DNA of 64,000 bases from Octopus sinensis. Taxonomy: Eukaryota. The position numbers and the translations under genes were made by a program. Numbering within the stretch: the stretch's first letter is position 1; the number at the start of each line of letters is the position of its first letter. Shown one piece after another: positions 24,880-38,446 of the stretch. Under the pieces are notes generated by a model. The model had not been told where the DNA came from. It did not search any database and was given only the letters and a program-made list of their open reading frames with translations. Where the stretch lies: assembly GCF_006345805.1 (NCBI RefSeq), contig NC_042997.1:33480001-33544000 (forward strand). Direction: 5' to 3'.

Positions 24880-25255
24880 GCGAGGTAAAGAAGCTCACTT
24901 TGCAACCACAAGGTTTAGTCCTACTGCACTGCACTTTGGGCAAATAGCTTCTACTATAGCTCTAAGCTAATACCTTGTGAGTGAATTTTATAAATGGAAA
25001 CTGTGTGGAAGCTCACAGTACATAAATGTATGAATGTGTGTGTAATTGTGTGTCTTTGTGCTTGTGTTTGTCTACCCCCACTCAGCTTGACAACTGGTGT
25101 TGGTTTGTTTATGTCCCTGTAACTTCGTAGTTCGGTATAAAGGACCAACAGAATAAGTACCAGACTTTAAAAAACTAAAGACTGGTCAATTTGTTTGATT
25201 AAACCCTTCGAGGCAGAGCTCCAGTCCAAAGACTGAAACAAGTAAATGGTAAAAG
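24880..25255 (+). mobile_element. SINE family A, old diverged copy
   Basis: Colinear but mutated. Confidence 0.7.
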
Positions 25256-25298
25256 GTTGAGGATTGGCATAATTGATCCTGCTGAGATCAACTTTGCC

Positions 25299-25517
25299 AG
25301 CGATCTTACGGTACAAGTACCATAACTGCAAATTATAAACCCACATGGGTTTGTTTACATCTCTGAAGAAAAAAAGAAACCCTTTTCTCCCACCCCTAAC
25401 CCTAACCCTAAGCCCCCATATATATAAAAACGAAAACTTTACGGAGAGTGACGATCTTCTTCTTCAAATGTAAACAAACACACGTGGCAGTTATGGTACT
25501 TGTACCGAAAGATGGCC
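25299..25517. mobile_element. Merlin-like MITE with internal (CCCTAA)3, 8-bp TSD
   Basis: About 30-bp TIRs, TSD ACTTTGCC at 25291-25298 and 25518-25525, interrupting a SINE motif GAGATCAACTTTGCCTTTCA. Confidence 0.8.
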
Positions 25518-26029
25518 ACTTTGCCTTTCAGTGAAAAAACAATGAAAGTATGCAAGTGAAATAAAGAGATTGAAAGATCTTTCGTCAGAGTTTTTGACTA
25601 AAACTATAGAAAACAGGATGGAACCAAATGTAGTTGGCTTAGGTTTGAATTATTCTTCATTTCTCTTTCTCATTACAATCTATCTCTGTCTATTTGTGTC
25701 TGTCTGTCTTTTTAATCTGTCTATCTATCTACCTATTTATACATACAGATCAAGGGTGAAATATAATTAATTTAATAAAATCAACAAATTTCACCAAGTA
25801 GTATTTCGGTATGGAAAAGGACCATATTCAGTAAAATTATATCTAATTATAACAATGAGGGTCTTTGCAACAGGTTGCTAGACCACATACCGAAAGTATT
25901 AGAAATAGCAGCCAGAGGACTCTTATTTCTTTTACTACAAAAATATGTCCCCATCAGCAACAGTATTTGTAACTTGTTGCAAAGACCTTCATTGTTATAA
26001 TTATTTATACATATATATAACTCATGTGG

Positions 26030-26275
26030 AGGTGCGTGGCTTAGCGGTTAGGGTGTCAGCATCATGATCCTAAGATTGTGGTTTCGATTCCCGGACCAGG
26101 CTGCGCATTGTGTTCTTGAGCAAAACACTTCATTTCATGTTGCTCCAGTCCACTCATTTGGCAAAAATGAGTATCGCTGCGATGGACTGGCGTCCCGTCC
26201 AGCTGGGGAACACATACGCCATTGAAACTGGGAAACAGGGCCCATGAGACTGGCCAGGCTTTAAAAGGGTGCATT
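26030..26275 (+). mobile_element. tRNA-derived SINE, family C-related
   Basis: Similar head and central domain, different tail. Confidence 0.78.
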
Positions 26276-26592
26276 TATTATTATTATATAGAACTCATAG
26301 CTACAATAAGCACCATCTGACAAGGGAGGCAAGCCACTAAGCACTGGACATAGCCAGATCACCAGTGATTTCTCATTTACATTAATGCTTGTTAGTGGCT
26401 CTTACCGACGCCTTGGGTTAAACTCAACTCACCTTGTCAGCTTATAAGATTACCATAGTCTATAAGATGGTGCTTATTGTGGCTGAGTTGTTTTGACTCT
26501 TATTTCTAGCAATACTGGTGCTATTTCTAGCAATACTCAGTTGCTTTTGTGATGTATATATTTTTGCCTTTTGGTATAAAAATTGCTAACAA

Positions 26593-26990
26593 GGCGCAGG
26601 AGTGGCTGTGTGGTAAGTAGCTTGCTAACCAACCACATGGTTCCGGGTTCAGTCCCACTGCGTGGCATCTTGGGCAAGTGTCTTCTGCTATAGCCCCGGG
26701 CCAACAAATGCCTTGTGAATGGATTTGGTAGACGGAAACTGAAAGAAGCCTGTCGTATATATGTATATATATATATGTGCGTGTTTGTGTGTCTGTGTTT
26801 GTCCCCCTAGCATTGCTTGACAACTGACCGATGCTGGTGTGTTTACGTCCCCGTCACTTAGCGGTTCGGCAAAAGAGACCAATAGAATAAGTACTGGGCT
26901 TACAAAGAATAAGTCCTGGGGTCGATTTGCTCGACTAAAGGCGGTGCTCCAGCATGACCACAGTCAAATGACTGAAACAAGTAAAAGAGT
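26593..26990 (+). mobile_element. SINE family A, full length
   Basis: Complete copy. Confidence 0.9.
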
Positions 26991-28619
26991 AAGCCACCCT
27001 TATCATTTACATAAATGTTTTTGTCTCTTACATCTTATTTGTATGCCTGTCTCTCTCACATTTTGTCCATCAGCTTGGCTCTCTCTCTCACACCTCTTTA
27101 TCTAACACATTTTTTTGTTTCTGTCAGTTTGTTTGTCTGTCCTTCTCTGTCTCTCTCGTGCACATATACACACATACACCACAAATTTCTTCTCCCTCCA
27201 CTTATAAAGCATGGCTGAAAGAGAACATGAAACAAAGTAAAGAAAAGGTAACTAACAATAGAGAAAACAGAGGCTAACAATAGAGAAAACAGAGGCAACA
27301 CACATACACACACACACACACACACAAAAATAAATGAATATTGAATTATCCCATACACAGATTATCAAATCAAATCCAATAACAAACAAAATATATCAGA
27401 TTATTTTTATTATTATCAATTTTATATATATATACTTTTATATTTTAGGTTACCATCATTTTCATGTGTACCAAATCAAAGTCAACTGGTAACAAAATTC
27501 ATATTCAGTTTGTTTTTTTCATCTTTTTTTAATATCATTTTTTTTCAGTAAATTTTTTTTTAATATTTTTTTAGTTTTCCTTTCCTTAAACCAGTCAGTA
27601 CATTTTTTTTTAAAGTTCATTGTTGCTTTCTTTCTTTCCTTTCTTTTTCTTTTTGTTTGTTTTTTGTTACTTTCCAGCAATTAAAATCCCCACCTTATTC
27701 CCTGATTTATTCACTTGTCTTTAAAATGAAAGAAGAGAAGCAAGATGAGAAGGAAAAGAATGAAAAGATGAAGACAGGGGCAGTCGCTGGCAGTTTCCTT
27801 CTTCCCGTTTTATTTATTCATTTTTGTTGACAACACCCAAAATTTGTTCTATTAACTGAATTTGTTGGTTATCTAAAATAAACAAAGTAGAATAAAAATG
27901 AAATAAGAATAATTAAGACTAATTAGTTTTAAGTGTGATTTTGATTAACTCTGATTTCAACTTACTTTATGCCCTCCTTATATAAAGTTTTTTTATCTTA
28001 TAACTAAATCATGAAATCAAGCCAGTCACTAACAGCCTTCAAATATTTCACAGAAATAGGACATTAGCCATTTCCTTAAAAATGACTTTCTAATTAGCTT
28101 ACAAGCAATAAGATGAAAAGTAAGATGGATGATAAACAGATTAAGTTGGGGAAGGAGAAAAAAAACTAAAAAATTTCACCCAACCTTGTTTTGGTTGTCA
28201 TAGATAAATAGCCTCAGATTTACAAAGGAAAAGAGGTTAAGGGGATTATATGACATTAATGCCTTTCTCAAAAGAATTACTGCTATCAGTGAAGTTAAAA
28301 GAAGAGAAATAGCATTACAATCACTTATTCAACCCCAGCTTAGCCATATTATAATACATTATAATAATTCTATTATAGGCACAAGGCCTGAAATATCTGG
28401 GGAGCTGGGTAGACAATCAGATTAACCTCTGCTCAACTGATACTTATTTTATCAACCCCAAAAAATGAAGGGTACAGTTGACCTTGGCAGAATTTGAACT
28501 CAGAACATAAAGAGAAACAAAATGCCTCCAAACATTTTATCCAGCAAGCTAACAATTCTACCAGCTCATCACCTTATAAAGTGCTATATAAAGTGCTGCA
28601 TTATATAGAAATTGGCCTC

Positions 28620-28753
28620 AAGACTTATTCTTTGTAAGCCTAGTACTTATTTTATCAGTCTCTTTTGCTGAACCACTAAATTAGACACAAACACACCAAC
28701 ATTTGTCAAGAGATGGCAGGGGGACAAACACAGATACACACACATATATATAC

Positions 28754-28791
<38 letters not shown>

Positions 28792-28945
28792 AAAGGGTTC
28801 TTTCAGTTTCCATCTACCAAATCCACTCACAAAGCTTTGGTCAACCTGAGGCAATAACAGATGCTTACCCAAGGTGCCACACAGTAGAACTGAACCAAGA
28901 ACCATGTGGTTGGGAAGCAAGATTCTTACCATACAGCCAAACCCA
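28620..28945 (-). mobile_element. SINE family A, diverged
   Basis: Colinear with the other copies. Confidence 0.75.
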
Positions 28946-28971
28946 CGAATAATGATTTAGAAAAAAATTAA

Positions 28972-29405
28972 GGTGGTCAGCTGGCAGAACCATTAGCATA
29001 CCAGGTAAAATGCTCAGCAGCATTTCATCCATCTCTATGTTCTGAGTTCAAATTCTACCACAGTCGACTTTGCCTTTCATCCTTTTGGGGTCAATAAAAT
29101 AAGTACCAGTTGAGCACTGAGACTGATGTAATCAACTTAACCCCTTGCCCAAAACTGCTGGCTTTTTGCCAAAATTTGAAAACAATATTAAGGCAGCAAG
29201 CCAGCAGATTCATTAGCATAATTGGCAAAATGCTTAGTGGCATTTCATCCATGCATATGTTTTGAGTTCAAATTCTACCACAGTCGACTTTGCCTTTCAC
29301 TCTTTTGGGGTCAATGAAACAAGTACTGGTTGAGTACTGGGACCAATGTAATTGACTTGCTCCCTTCCCCAACATTTCAGACCTTGTGACAAAATGTGAA
29401 ACCAA
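28972..29405 (+). mobile_element. Two tandem diverged SINE family B copies
   Basis: Heads at about 28972 and 29192. Confidence 0.75.
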
Positions 29406-29686
29406 TAATGGTTTCTTAAAATAGGTACAAAGCCACAGATATGGGAGCGGGGTATAGTTGACTATGTCAATTTCAGTATTTTACAAGTATTTATTTTACT
29501 GACCTTGGAACAATGAAAAACAAAGTTGATCTGAGTGGGATTTGAACACAGAATGTAAAGCGCCAGAACAAATACTGCAAGGCATTTAGTCAAGTATTCT
29601 AAAAATTCAGCAAAGTGTAGTTAGTTCAATATGGGCAATACTGGTTCTACTTTTGGCACTTACTGTGTCATTTTTAAAGGGTTTAA

Positions 29687-29860
29687 CCCTTATGCATTTA
29701 GCCATTTAGATCCAGCCTCTCATTCCTACCTAACAATGTCATTCTAAAAATAACAATCACATCAGCGAAATCTCAAAGCTATGAGATAATGCAAGTTTAA
29801 TTCAAAACATCATGAATACACAAGCATTACATTTGACAGAGTAATTTGAATGCTAAAGGG
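29687..29860 (+). mobile_element. piggyBac-type MITE (family 1), internally deleted
   Basis: TTAACCCTTATGCATT ... GCTAAAGGGTCAA. Confidence 0.7.
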
Positions 29861-30855
29861 TCAAATCTTGAGTTTAAATGTAGCTCAACAAAACTCAATA
29901 CTAAAAGAACATTCATATTCCAGCAACCTATAGTTTCAGTCACTCTGGCAGTAACAGTTTCTAACATATACACAAAGCCTCAAAGTTTATGAGGATGAGT
30001 TGATTATGGTTGATCTCAGTATTTAACTAGTTCTATATTCTATCAACTCATAAGGATGAAGGGCTTTGTTGAGCTGAATTTGAAGTGTAAAAGTAAAAGG
30101 ATGTAAATGAATACCTTGTGGTATTCATTTTGTTTGTTGCTTAATTAGTTCTGCTAATCCAAATAACAATAACAGAAGAAAGTGGAAAATAAAGACAAAA
30201 AATTCAAGAGAAAAAAATGACAAGAATGATAGAATGTGGACATTTAGAAACCAGAAGCTATAAGGTTTCAAAACTAAAGGTACCTTCAAAGAAACAGAGA
30301 ATTTACCAAAAAGGATAAGCCAAAATTCTTCAGATGAATACTTTTGTAATTATACTGAGTTCAGGAATCCCTTTTCAAAAACAAATCCAGTCATTTACAT
30401 GCCAATGCCAATCACAGACAAAAAATAAATCAAAGAATAATTTAAAATAACTGGTAGCAATATTTAACATTGAGAAGACAGGAAGAAGGAAATTGGGAGG
30501 AGGAAGAGGAGGAGCAGAAACAATATTCTTAAACATAATTTTGCTTCAAAGTGGTATGAACATAAACAGCAGTACAAGAATGTTTGACTGATGCCAAGCT
30601 CTTGGATTACAAGAGGCAAGGTTATTTGTAGTCAAAATTTGAGCAACAAGGACTTTTTCTTTTTTGTGTGTTTGTGTTTAACTTAAGAATATGGTCAATT
30701 GTCTTTGTGTTGAGGGGAAGAGTTTCAGGTCAACTGAATAAACACCAATGAATTACTAGTATTTGTATTGATATCCCACCCCCAACTTTTTTCTGTTTCT
30801 TTTTCTTTTAGATCTTTGAGGAACAAAAGGCAAAGACAACTGGATCAGGATTTAA

Positions 30856-31074
30856 CCCTTTAGTGTTCAGATTATTCAATCAAACATAATGCTTATTGGT
30901 TCACATTGATTTGAATTAATCATGCATTATGTCATAGCTTCAAGATCTTGATGGTGTAATTACCTAATGTAGAATAACATTGTAGGGTAGGTGTGAGAGC
31001 CTGGATCTGGTCAGTTTGAACATAAAACAGATTAAATATTTTGGCCGGATATGGCCGGTTTAAATACTAAAGGG
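30856..31074 (-). mobile_element. piggyBac-type MITE (family 1, about 220 bp)
   Basis: TTAA|CCCTTTAG...CTAAAGGG|TTAA; closely similar to 49487-49705 in opposite orientation. Confidence 0.88.
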
Positions 31075-32464
31075 TTAAACTCAGCATATCAAGCCATTGT
31101 GTTGTGGTTTTATGCCATTTCCACCCATCCACCATTTTGTCAACCAACACAAATGATTAAGTAGTAACTAATTATTTTGGTACAGAGCTGATCGACTTTC
31201 TTTGTATTTTTTTTCTTTCTTTTTTAAGACAGCAAAAAGAGAGTAAGAAAATAAAAGTCAACAAATTCAACTCCCTTCAAATATTTTTGGTATTTGTAAT
31301 GGTACATACTTTTTCTAAAACCTTGAAAAAAGAAGCAATGTCAACTCCCGAGTGATACTGAAAATAAACAAACATCCATAAATACATACATGATGAAATT
31401 ATGACAGATTCCCCTGTTGATTCCACCACTGAATATTCAGTTGTTCAATCAACTGAATTACTCTTTAAATTCTTTATATCATAGGCACAAGGCTTGAAAT
31501 TTGGAAGAAGGGGCTTGTTGATTATATGAATACGCAACAGGACAACTTCTAATCCTAACTCCAGTGCTAGACTGGTACTTATTTCATTGACCCTGAAAGG
31601 ATGAAAGACAAAGTCAACATTGGTGGAATTTGGATGCAGAACATAAAACTTGAAGAAGTGCCCCTAAAGAATTTTTCTGGCATGTCCCTTTCAATAACAA
31701 TGATTCTTTCAACTATAAACACAAGGTCTGAAATTTTGTGGGGAGGGGACTAATTACTTATACTGACTCCAGGGCTTGACTAGTATTTATTTTATCAACT
31801 CTGAAAAGATGAAATACGAAATACAACCTTGGCAGGATTTGAACTAAGAATGCAAAGCTGTAAGAAATGCCACTCAGCATTTAATCTAGCATGCTAACGA
31901 TTCTGCCAGCTGGCCACCTTAAATTACTCTTTTAACATAAAAATAAGCAAGTATCTAACAGACGTATTTACACTTACATAGTTCTCAAAACCAAGTGACC
32001 AAATCAATAACACAATATGCAACTACCCTGGCCCCCACTGAACAACTAGTACAATCCATCTGATGGGATTCCCTACAGTTTCCTTGCACCTGATTTCATT
32101 TGCAAATTTGGTTTAACTTGAAACCATGGCAAAAGACATTTGACCAAACCACCATGTAGAGAAATCAAACCTGGGACTTCATGATTCCAACGAAAACTTC
32201 TTCAACACTCTGCCATGTCTGCAAGCATATGCATATAGTGTGGTATTTAGCTTTGATTTCTGCTATCTCTGCCACTTCATCGATTTAGAAAACTAAATAA
32301 ATTAATGAGTGACAATGCAATCAGTTGTTAATGAAGACAATCATCTTCAGAAGCTAATAAAGTGACTGACTGATTCCAAGTCTGTTAGTAGAGATAGAGT
32401 GACCATACTCATCAATGTTTAAACATAGCCTAGAATAAACAGTTTACAATCACATAAGACAATA

Positions 32465-32506
<42 letters not shown>

Positions 32507-33477
32507 GTAAATACACACACTAACCACTCAGCTCCTTTATTAGTAAAAAGCACAAATGTGTATACACATATACATATATATATATACTTTATTTGTGGGT
32601 TAACAAGGCTACAATTGGTTTCAATGGTAACCTTGTTAACAGCAATTATCAAGCCAGCCACATTGGGATGTTGGTACTCAACTCCCATCTTCTGGATAAA
32701 GAATTCTCACTTTTGATATTAGAGTATATTCTTTTATTCTTTTACTGAGGCTGGAGCCATGCTAGAGCACTGCCTTTCACATGGTAATTGGTAGCACTGA
32801 ATAGAGCTCAGTGGAGAAGCTCATGCTTCCTAACCATCGCCAACTTAGAAGCAACCAGAATCAAAACTCCAAAGGAGAAAAGAACCGTGCACAGAGCCAG
32901 GTCCAACCTAGCTCCAGATGATGACCACCACTGCAACAGGATATGCAAATACTAGACAGGTCTGTGTTCCTATATGAAATAGCAACAAAACATTAAACTG
33001 AGAACACTGTGCAGCTGTTTCCTGCTAAACCCTCATTCACCAAAACAACAAAGACCAATTATCATTTAATGTCCACTTCTCTAAGCTTTCATGGAACAGA
33101 TAGAACTTGTTGAGGTAGAATTTTTCTAATGCTGGATGCTCTTCCTGTCAACAACCCTTACCTGTTTCCAAGTAAGGTTACTCTATTTTTTCTATGGTCA
33201 GTCAAGTTTTTCATGGAAAAATGGGAATGAACAACACCACTTATATGACAGTGATGCTCATTTACAATCATTACATGATGTCAAGACACAGGTACACAAG
33301 CAACAGGCTTTTCTTCAGTTTCTGTCAACCAAATCCATTCGCAAGGCTTTGGTCAGCCCAGGGATGTAGAAGACACTTGCCAAAGGTATTGTACAGTAGG
33401 ACTGAACCCAAGACCATATATGGTTGAGAGGCAAGCTTAACCACAGTCACACCTGCATCTACCTTTCTCTCTCACAC

Positions 33478-33519
<42 letters not shown>

Positions 33520-33520
<1 letters not shown>

Positions 33521-33912
33521 TCTTTACTCTTTTACTTGTTTCAGTCATTTGACTGCGGCCATGCTGGAGCACCGCCTTTAATCGAGCAACTCGACCCCGG
33601 GACTTATTCTTTTGTAAGCCCAGTACTTATTCTATCGGTCTCTTTTACCGAACCACTAAGTAACGGGGACGTAAGCACACCAGCATCGCTTGTCAAGCAA
33701 TGCTAGGGGGACAAACACAGACACACAAGCATATATATATATATATACATATATACGACGGGCTTCTTTCAGTTTCCGTCTACCAAATCCACTCACATGG
33801 CTTTGGTCAGCCCGAGGCTATAGTAGAAGACACTTGCCCAAGGTGCCACGTAGTGGGACTGAACCCAGAACCATGTGGTTGGTAAACAAGCTACTTACCA
33901 CACAGCCACTGC
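33520..33912 (-). mobile_element. SINE family A, full length
   Basis: Complete copy. Confidence 0.9.
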
Positions 33913-34316
33913 TACAGATATATAAAAAGTAAATTGATTTCCATTGGTTTTGTTGATGAGTATTTAGTTATTCAATCAACTGAACTACCTGCTCACTGAA
34001 TTAGCATGTAAGTAGCTGAATATTCCACAAACACTTGTCTACCATTAATGTAAACCTCAAGCAGAATCAGCATGACACAGTAGCATCATGACAAAGCCAG
34101 ATATTTGAATTTGGGGTATAAGACCCTCTGATGGATGTCCATTTTCTATTTAACCAGTTTTACTGACAAGAATTGAGTTAACCCGAGTCTACAGAAATTG
34201 ACACTGACGCAAGATGTCACACAGTAGGATTAAATGTAGGACCTCATGACTGCAAAGCAAACTTATGCAGATATACATATTCACGCATCCATACACACAT
34301 ATATACATTGATGTAA

Positions 34317-34545
34317 GGCGGCGAGCTGGCTGAAACGTTAGCACGCCGAGCGAAATGCGTAGCCGTATTTCGTCTGCAGTTACGTTCTGAGTTCAAATTC
34401 CGCCGAGGTCGACTTTGCCTTTCGTCCTTTCGGGGTCGATAAATTAAGTACCAGTTACGCACTGGGGTCGATGTAATCGACTTAATACCTATGTCTGTCC
34501 GTATTTGTCCCCTCTGTGTTTGGCCCCTTGTGGGTAGTAAAGAAA
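34317..34545 (+). mobile_element. SINE family B, full length
   Basis: Complete, little-diverged copy. Confidence 0.88.
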
Positions 34546-35000
34546 TATATATATACATTGATGCATACATAATTTGCTTTGGATTTTACTGATCATGGTT
34601 ATTAGCTGGGTGACTTCCAATGTGTAATGGAGTAGTGGCACATACTGTAGGAATACAAATAAATATTTCTATTTAATCATTCAGTCACAAGGTTAATTAG
34701 CAATTTTTTAATGATGTCAGGTATTCCACAAATTCAATCCTTGTAACAATATTTACTACACATCCATAAGGTGAAGAAATAGAATAAATGAAGATAAGTG
34801 AATAATGACAGTTGATCTATATTTTCTAGTGGTTCAGAAATGCCTGCTGATTTTGGCTTGTATATAATATACTGATTGTGAATAAATTGCCGTGCTATTG
34901 AAACATTTGAAGCATGTATTTAACTGTCACTATCTATTCATCTTCATTCATTCATATATGTGTACCAAATTACCGGAGTCATTCTTGTTGCTTATTTTGA

Positions 35001-35029
<29 letters not shown>

Positions 35030-35043
<14 letters not shown>

Positions 35044-36056
35044 GTAATATATAAATTAGAGAAAACCAAGGACGTTATATAGACCTCCTTGACTCAAGTT
35101 AGAGAAGGGGTGAGTATTATACACAAGGTTTAGGTTTTTCAGAGGTGCAGCCCCCTAAAAATCCCCTGCGTATTATACTCAAGGGTGGACTATACTCGAG
35201 GATTTATGGGAGTTAAATAAATAAGCAAATAGAATTAAACAATATTTCTTAAAGGAATAAAATCATGATTTTTCTTATAGAAGAAACTCCATTAACTAAA
35301 TTTGAAACTTCAAACATTAGGACCAGTTGCCTACAATACATTTTTTATATATTGTTTATTCATTTTTGTACTTTTTGTGATCTAGTTATATGTTTTAAAA
35401 TATATTTAATTTTTTTATTTATGATTTGGTTTATGTCTATCATTGTTTGAATTGCATAATAGTGGTTTTTCTCTAATTTATATATATTATATATTTATAA
35501 TTGTGAAATTTGATTTAATACTAAACTGAATTTTTCCCTGTAAGTTTGGAGTTATACTCCCTAATATTATATATATGTATATATATCAACTAGATCATTG
35601 TAAGTTCCTGTGCCAGAGCCCAGATCACAGTCATGCAACCTTGTGTGTTATGCAATGACACTTCCATAGCATCTGCTTCGGTGTCAAGGTCTCAAATCAA
35701 GTCACTTGCTAGACAGATACAGCTCTTAAGAATATTTTAGCCTGAAGCAGTGTGTCAAAAGTAGCTAAGCCTGGCAGAGCCCAAGTCCTCCACTCAAGAC
35801 AACATTCATCAAATGACTTGTATAGAAAACAGCAGAGAATATTAATGAAACAGTGCTTCTACTGCTTACAACATTACATAGCACCATCTTACAATGACTA
35901 TAATAAAGTGGGCTAGGCTGCAAACTGGACATAGTGTGGTGATGGAATAGATACTTTATGGCCTTCAACCAGTTAGATAATACTAATGACAATAACAGTG
36001 ATGTGATCTCTTTCTCACTCTTACACAATACACACACACACACATATATATATTAT

Positions 36057-36087
<31 letters not shown>

Positions 36088-37095
36088 TATATATGTAATA
36101 TATAAATTAGAGAAAACCAAGGACGTTATATAGACCTCCTTGACTCAAGTTAGAGAAGGGGTGAGTATTATACACAAGGTTTAGGTTTTTCAGAGGTGCA
36201 GCCCCCTAAAAATCCCCTGCGTATTATACTCAAGGGTGGACTATACTCGAGGATTTATGGGAGTTAAATAAATAAGCAAATAGAATTAAACAATATTTCT
36301 TAAAGGAATAAAATCATGATTTTTCTTATAGAAGAAACTCCATTAACTAAATTTGAAACTTCAAACATTAGGACCAGTTGCCTACAATACATTTTTTATA
36401 TATTGTTTATTCATTTTTGTACTTTTTGTGATCTAGTTATATGTTTTAAAATATATTTAATTTTTTTATTTATGATTTGGTTTATGTCTATCATTGTTTG
36501 AATTGCATAATAGTGGTTTTTCTCTAATTTATATATATTATATATTTATAATTGTGAAATTTGATTTAATACTAAACTGAATTTTTCCCTGTAAGTTTGG
36601 AGTTATACTCCCTAATATTATATATATGTATATATATCAACTAGATCATTGTAAGTTCCTGTGCCAGAGCCCAGATCACAGTCATGCAACCTTGTGTGTT
36701 ATGCAATGACACTTCCATAGCATCTGCTTCGGTGTCAAGGTCTCAAATCAAGTCACTTGCTAGACAGATACAGCTCTTAAGAATATTTTAGCCTGAAGCA
36801 GTGTGTCAAAAGTAGCTAAGCCTGGCAGAGCCCAAGTCCTCCACTCAAGACAACATTCATCAAATGACTTGTATAGAAAACAGCAGAGAATATTAATGAA
36901 ACAGTGCTTCTACTGCTTACAACATTACATAGCACCATCTTACAATGACTATAATAAAGTGGGCTAGGCTGCAAACTGGACATAGTGTGGTGATGGAATA
37001 GATACTTTATGGCCTTCAACCAGTTAGATAATACTAATGACAATAACAGTGATGTGATCTCTTTCTCACTCTTACACAATACACACACACACATA

Positions 37096-37112
<17 letters not shown>
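35030..37112. repeat. Tandem duplication, 1051-bp unit x2
   Basis: Identical ORFs at 35265/36316 and 35765/36816 (offset 1051); junctions in (TA)n. Confidence 0.97.
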
Positions 37113-37139
<27 letters not shown>

Positions 37140-37626
37140 AAATCAAATCAGAACCAAAATCGAAGTCGATCAACATCAATGAAAATTGCAGCTGTGATAC
37201 CAGTGCCGGTGACAAGTAAGCGAACCATCCGATCGTGGCCATTGCCAGTGACGCCCAGACTGGCCCCCATGCCGGTGGCAAATAAAAAGCACCATCCGTT
37301 CATGGCCGTTGCCAGCCTCGCCTGGCCCCGTGCCAGTGGCACGTAAAAAGCACCATCCGATCGTGGCCGTTGCCAGCCTCGCCTGGCCCCCGTGCCGGTG
37401 GCACGTAAAAAGCACCATCCGTCCGTGGCTGTTTGCCAGCTCCGTCTGGCACGTAAAAAGCACCCACCACACTCACGGAGTGGTTGGCGTTAGGAAGGGC
37501 ATCCAGTCGTAGAAACACTGCCAGATCAGACTGGGCCTGATGCTGCCTTCTGGCTTCACAGACCCCAGTTGAACCGTCCAACCCATGCTAGCATGGAGAA
37601 CGGACGCTAAATGATGATGATGATGA
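37140..37626 (+). mobile_element. Non-autonomous retroposon with RTE-like (GAT)n tail and internal tandem repeats of about 60 bp (family D)
   Basis: GTGGCACGTAAAAAGCACCATCCG repeats; GGAGTGGTTGGCGTTAGGAAGGGCATCCAG...CCATGCTAGCATGG...GATGATGATG. Confidence 0.8.
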
Positions 37627-38409
37627 TATACATATATATATATATGTATCCACATTTCAAGCATGTATGCATAAGTCCTTTCTTTTCTTTCACCTGTGTC
37701 CCTTCCCTCTTTCCCCAAAACTCTTAATTCAAAATTAATAAATAATAATCAAAATAAATGAAGTATTTTTTAAATTTTTGATTTATTGACCGATTTCTTT
37801 TTTCGTACTTTCTTGTCAGATTTCTTACCATTATTGTAAAAGCAATGTATCAAACTGCTTTACATTAACACACACCAGCCAATGAGGGAAGTCTTTATAC
37901 AGTTGCTCAGCCTGCTAGAAATAACAGTCAAATTTCCCTCAGATCACACCCTACCGTCTTAACAAAAAAAAAACACATATACACACAAACAAAAACACAT
38001 TGGACATACAAAAGACTGGACGGCCAAGGCTGGAATGCCTTTGATCAGGGCTAACCTGGAGTAAAACAAGACCAACACAAACTAATATATTTACATGTAC
38101 CTTCCTTATACAGCTGAACAGAGAAGGAACTATGACATGAAAATGCCTCTTTAACACTTAACAGGTCACAGGTCAGCCTTGTGAAAACTCCGTTCTCTCT
38201 CCAAGCTACACCTGGAAATTTCAAGTAGAAAGAGGTAAATTCATTTTTTTTTTGGTGTTTTTTTCTTTCCATGCTGGCATGGGCTGGTCTCTAACAGTTC
38301 ACTCATGCCTCCAACTTACCCTCACCAGGAGCATAACACCACTCAGCAGTGATTATAGAAATATATCAGGTAAGTATGACGACGATAGCATAGCAATATA
38401 CATATAAAT

Positions 38410-38446
<37 letters not shown>

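Noticed and set aside
37200-37470. Regularly spaced repeats resembling a CRISPR array
   Set aside because: Eukaryotic context; the intervening segments are similar to one another and belong to a dispersed retroposon; no cas genes
38320-38365. AEWCYAPGEG-like peptide before a GTAAGT as a duplicate ARL5 exon
   Set aside because: Similarity to CCALTGEG is too short and upstream sequence shows no Arf homology
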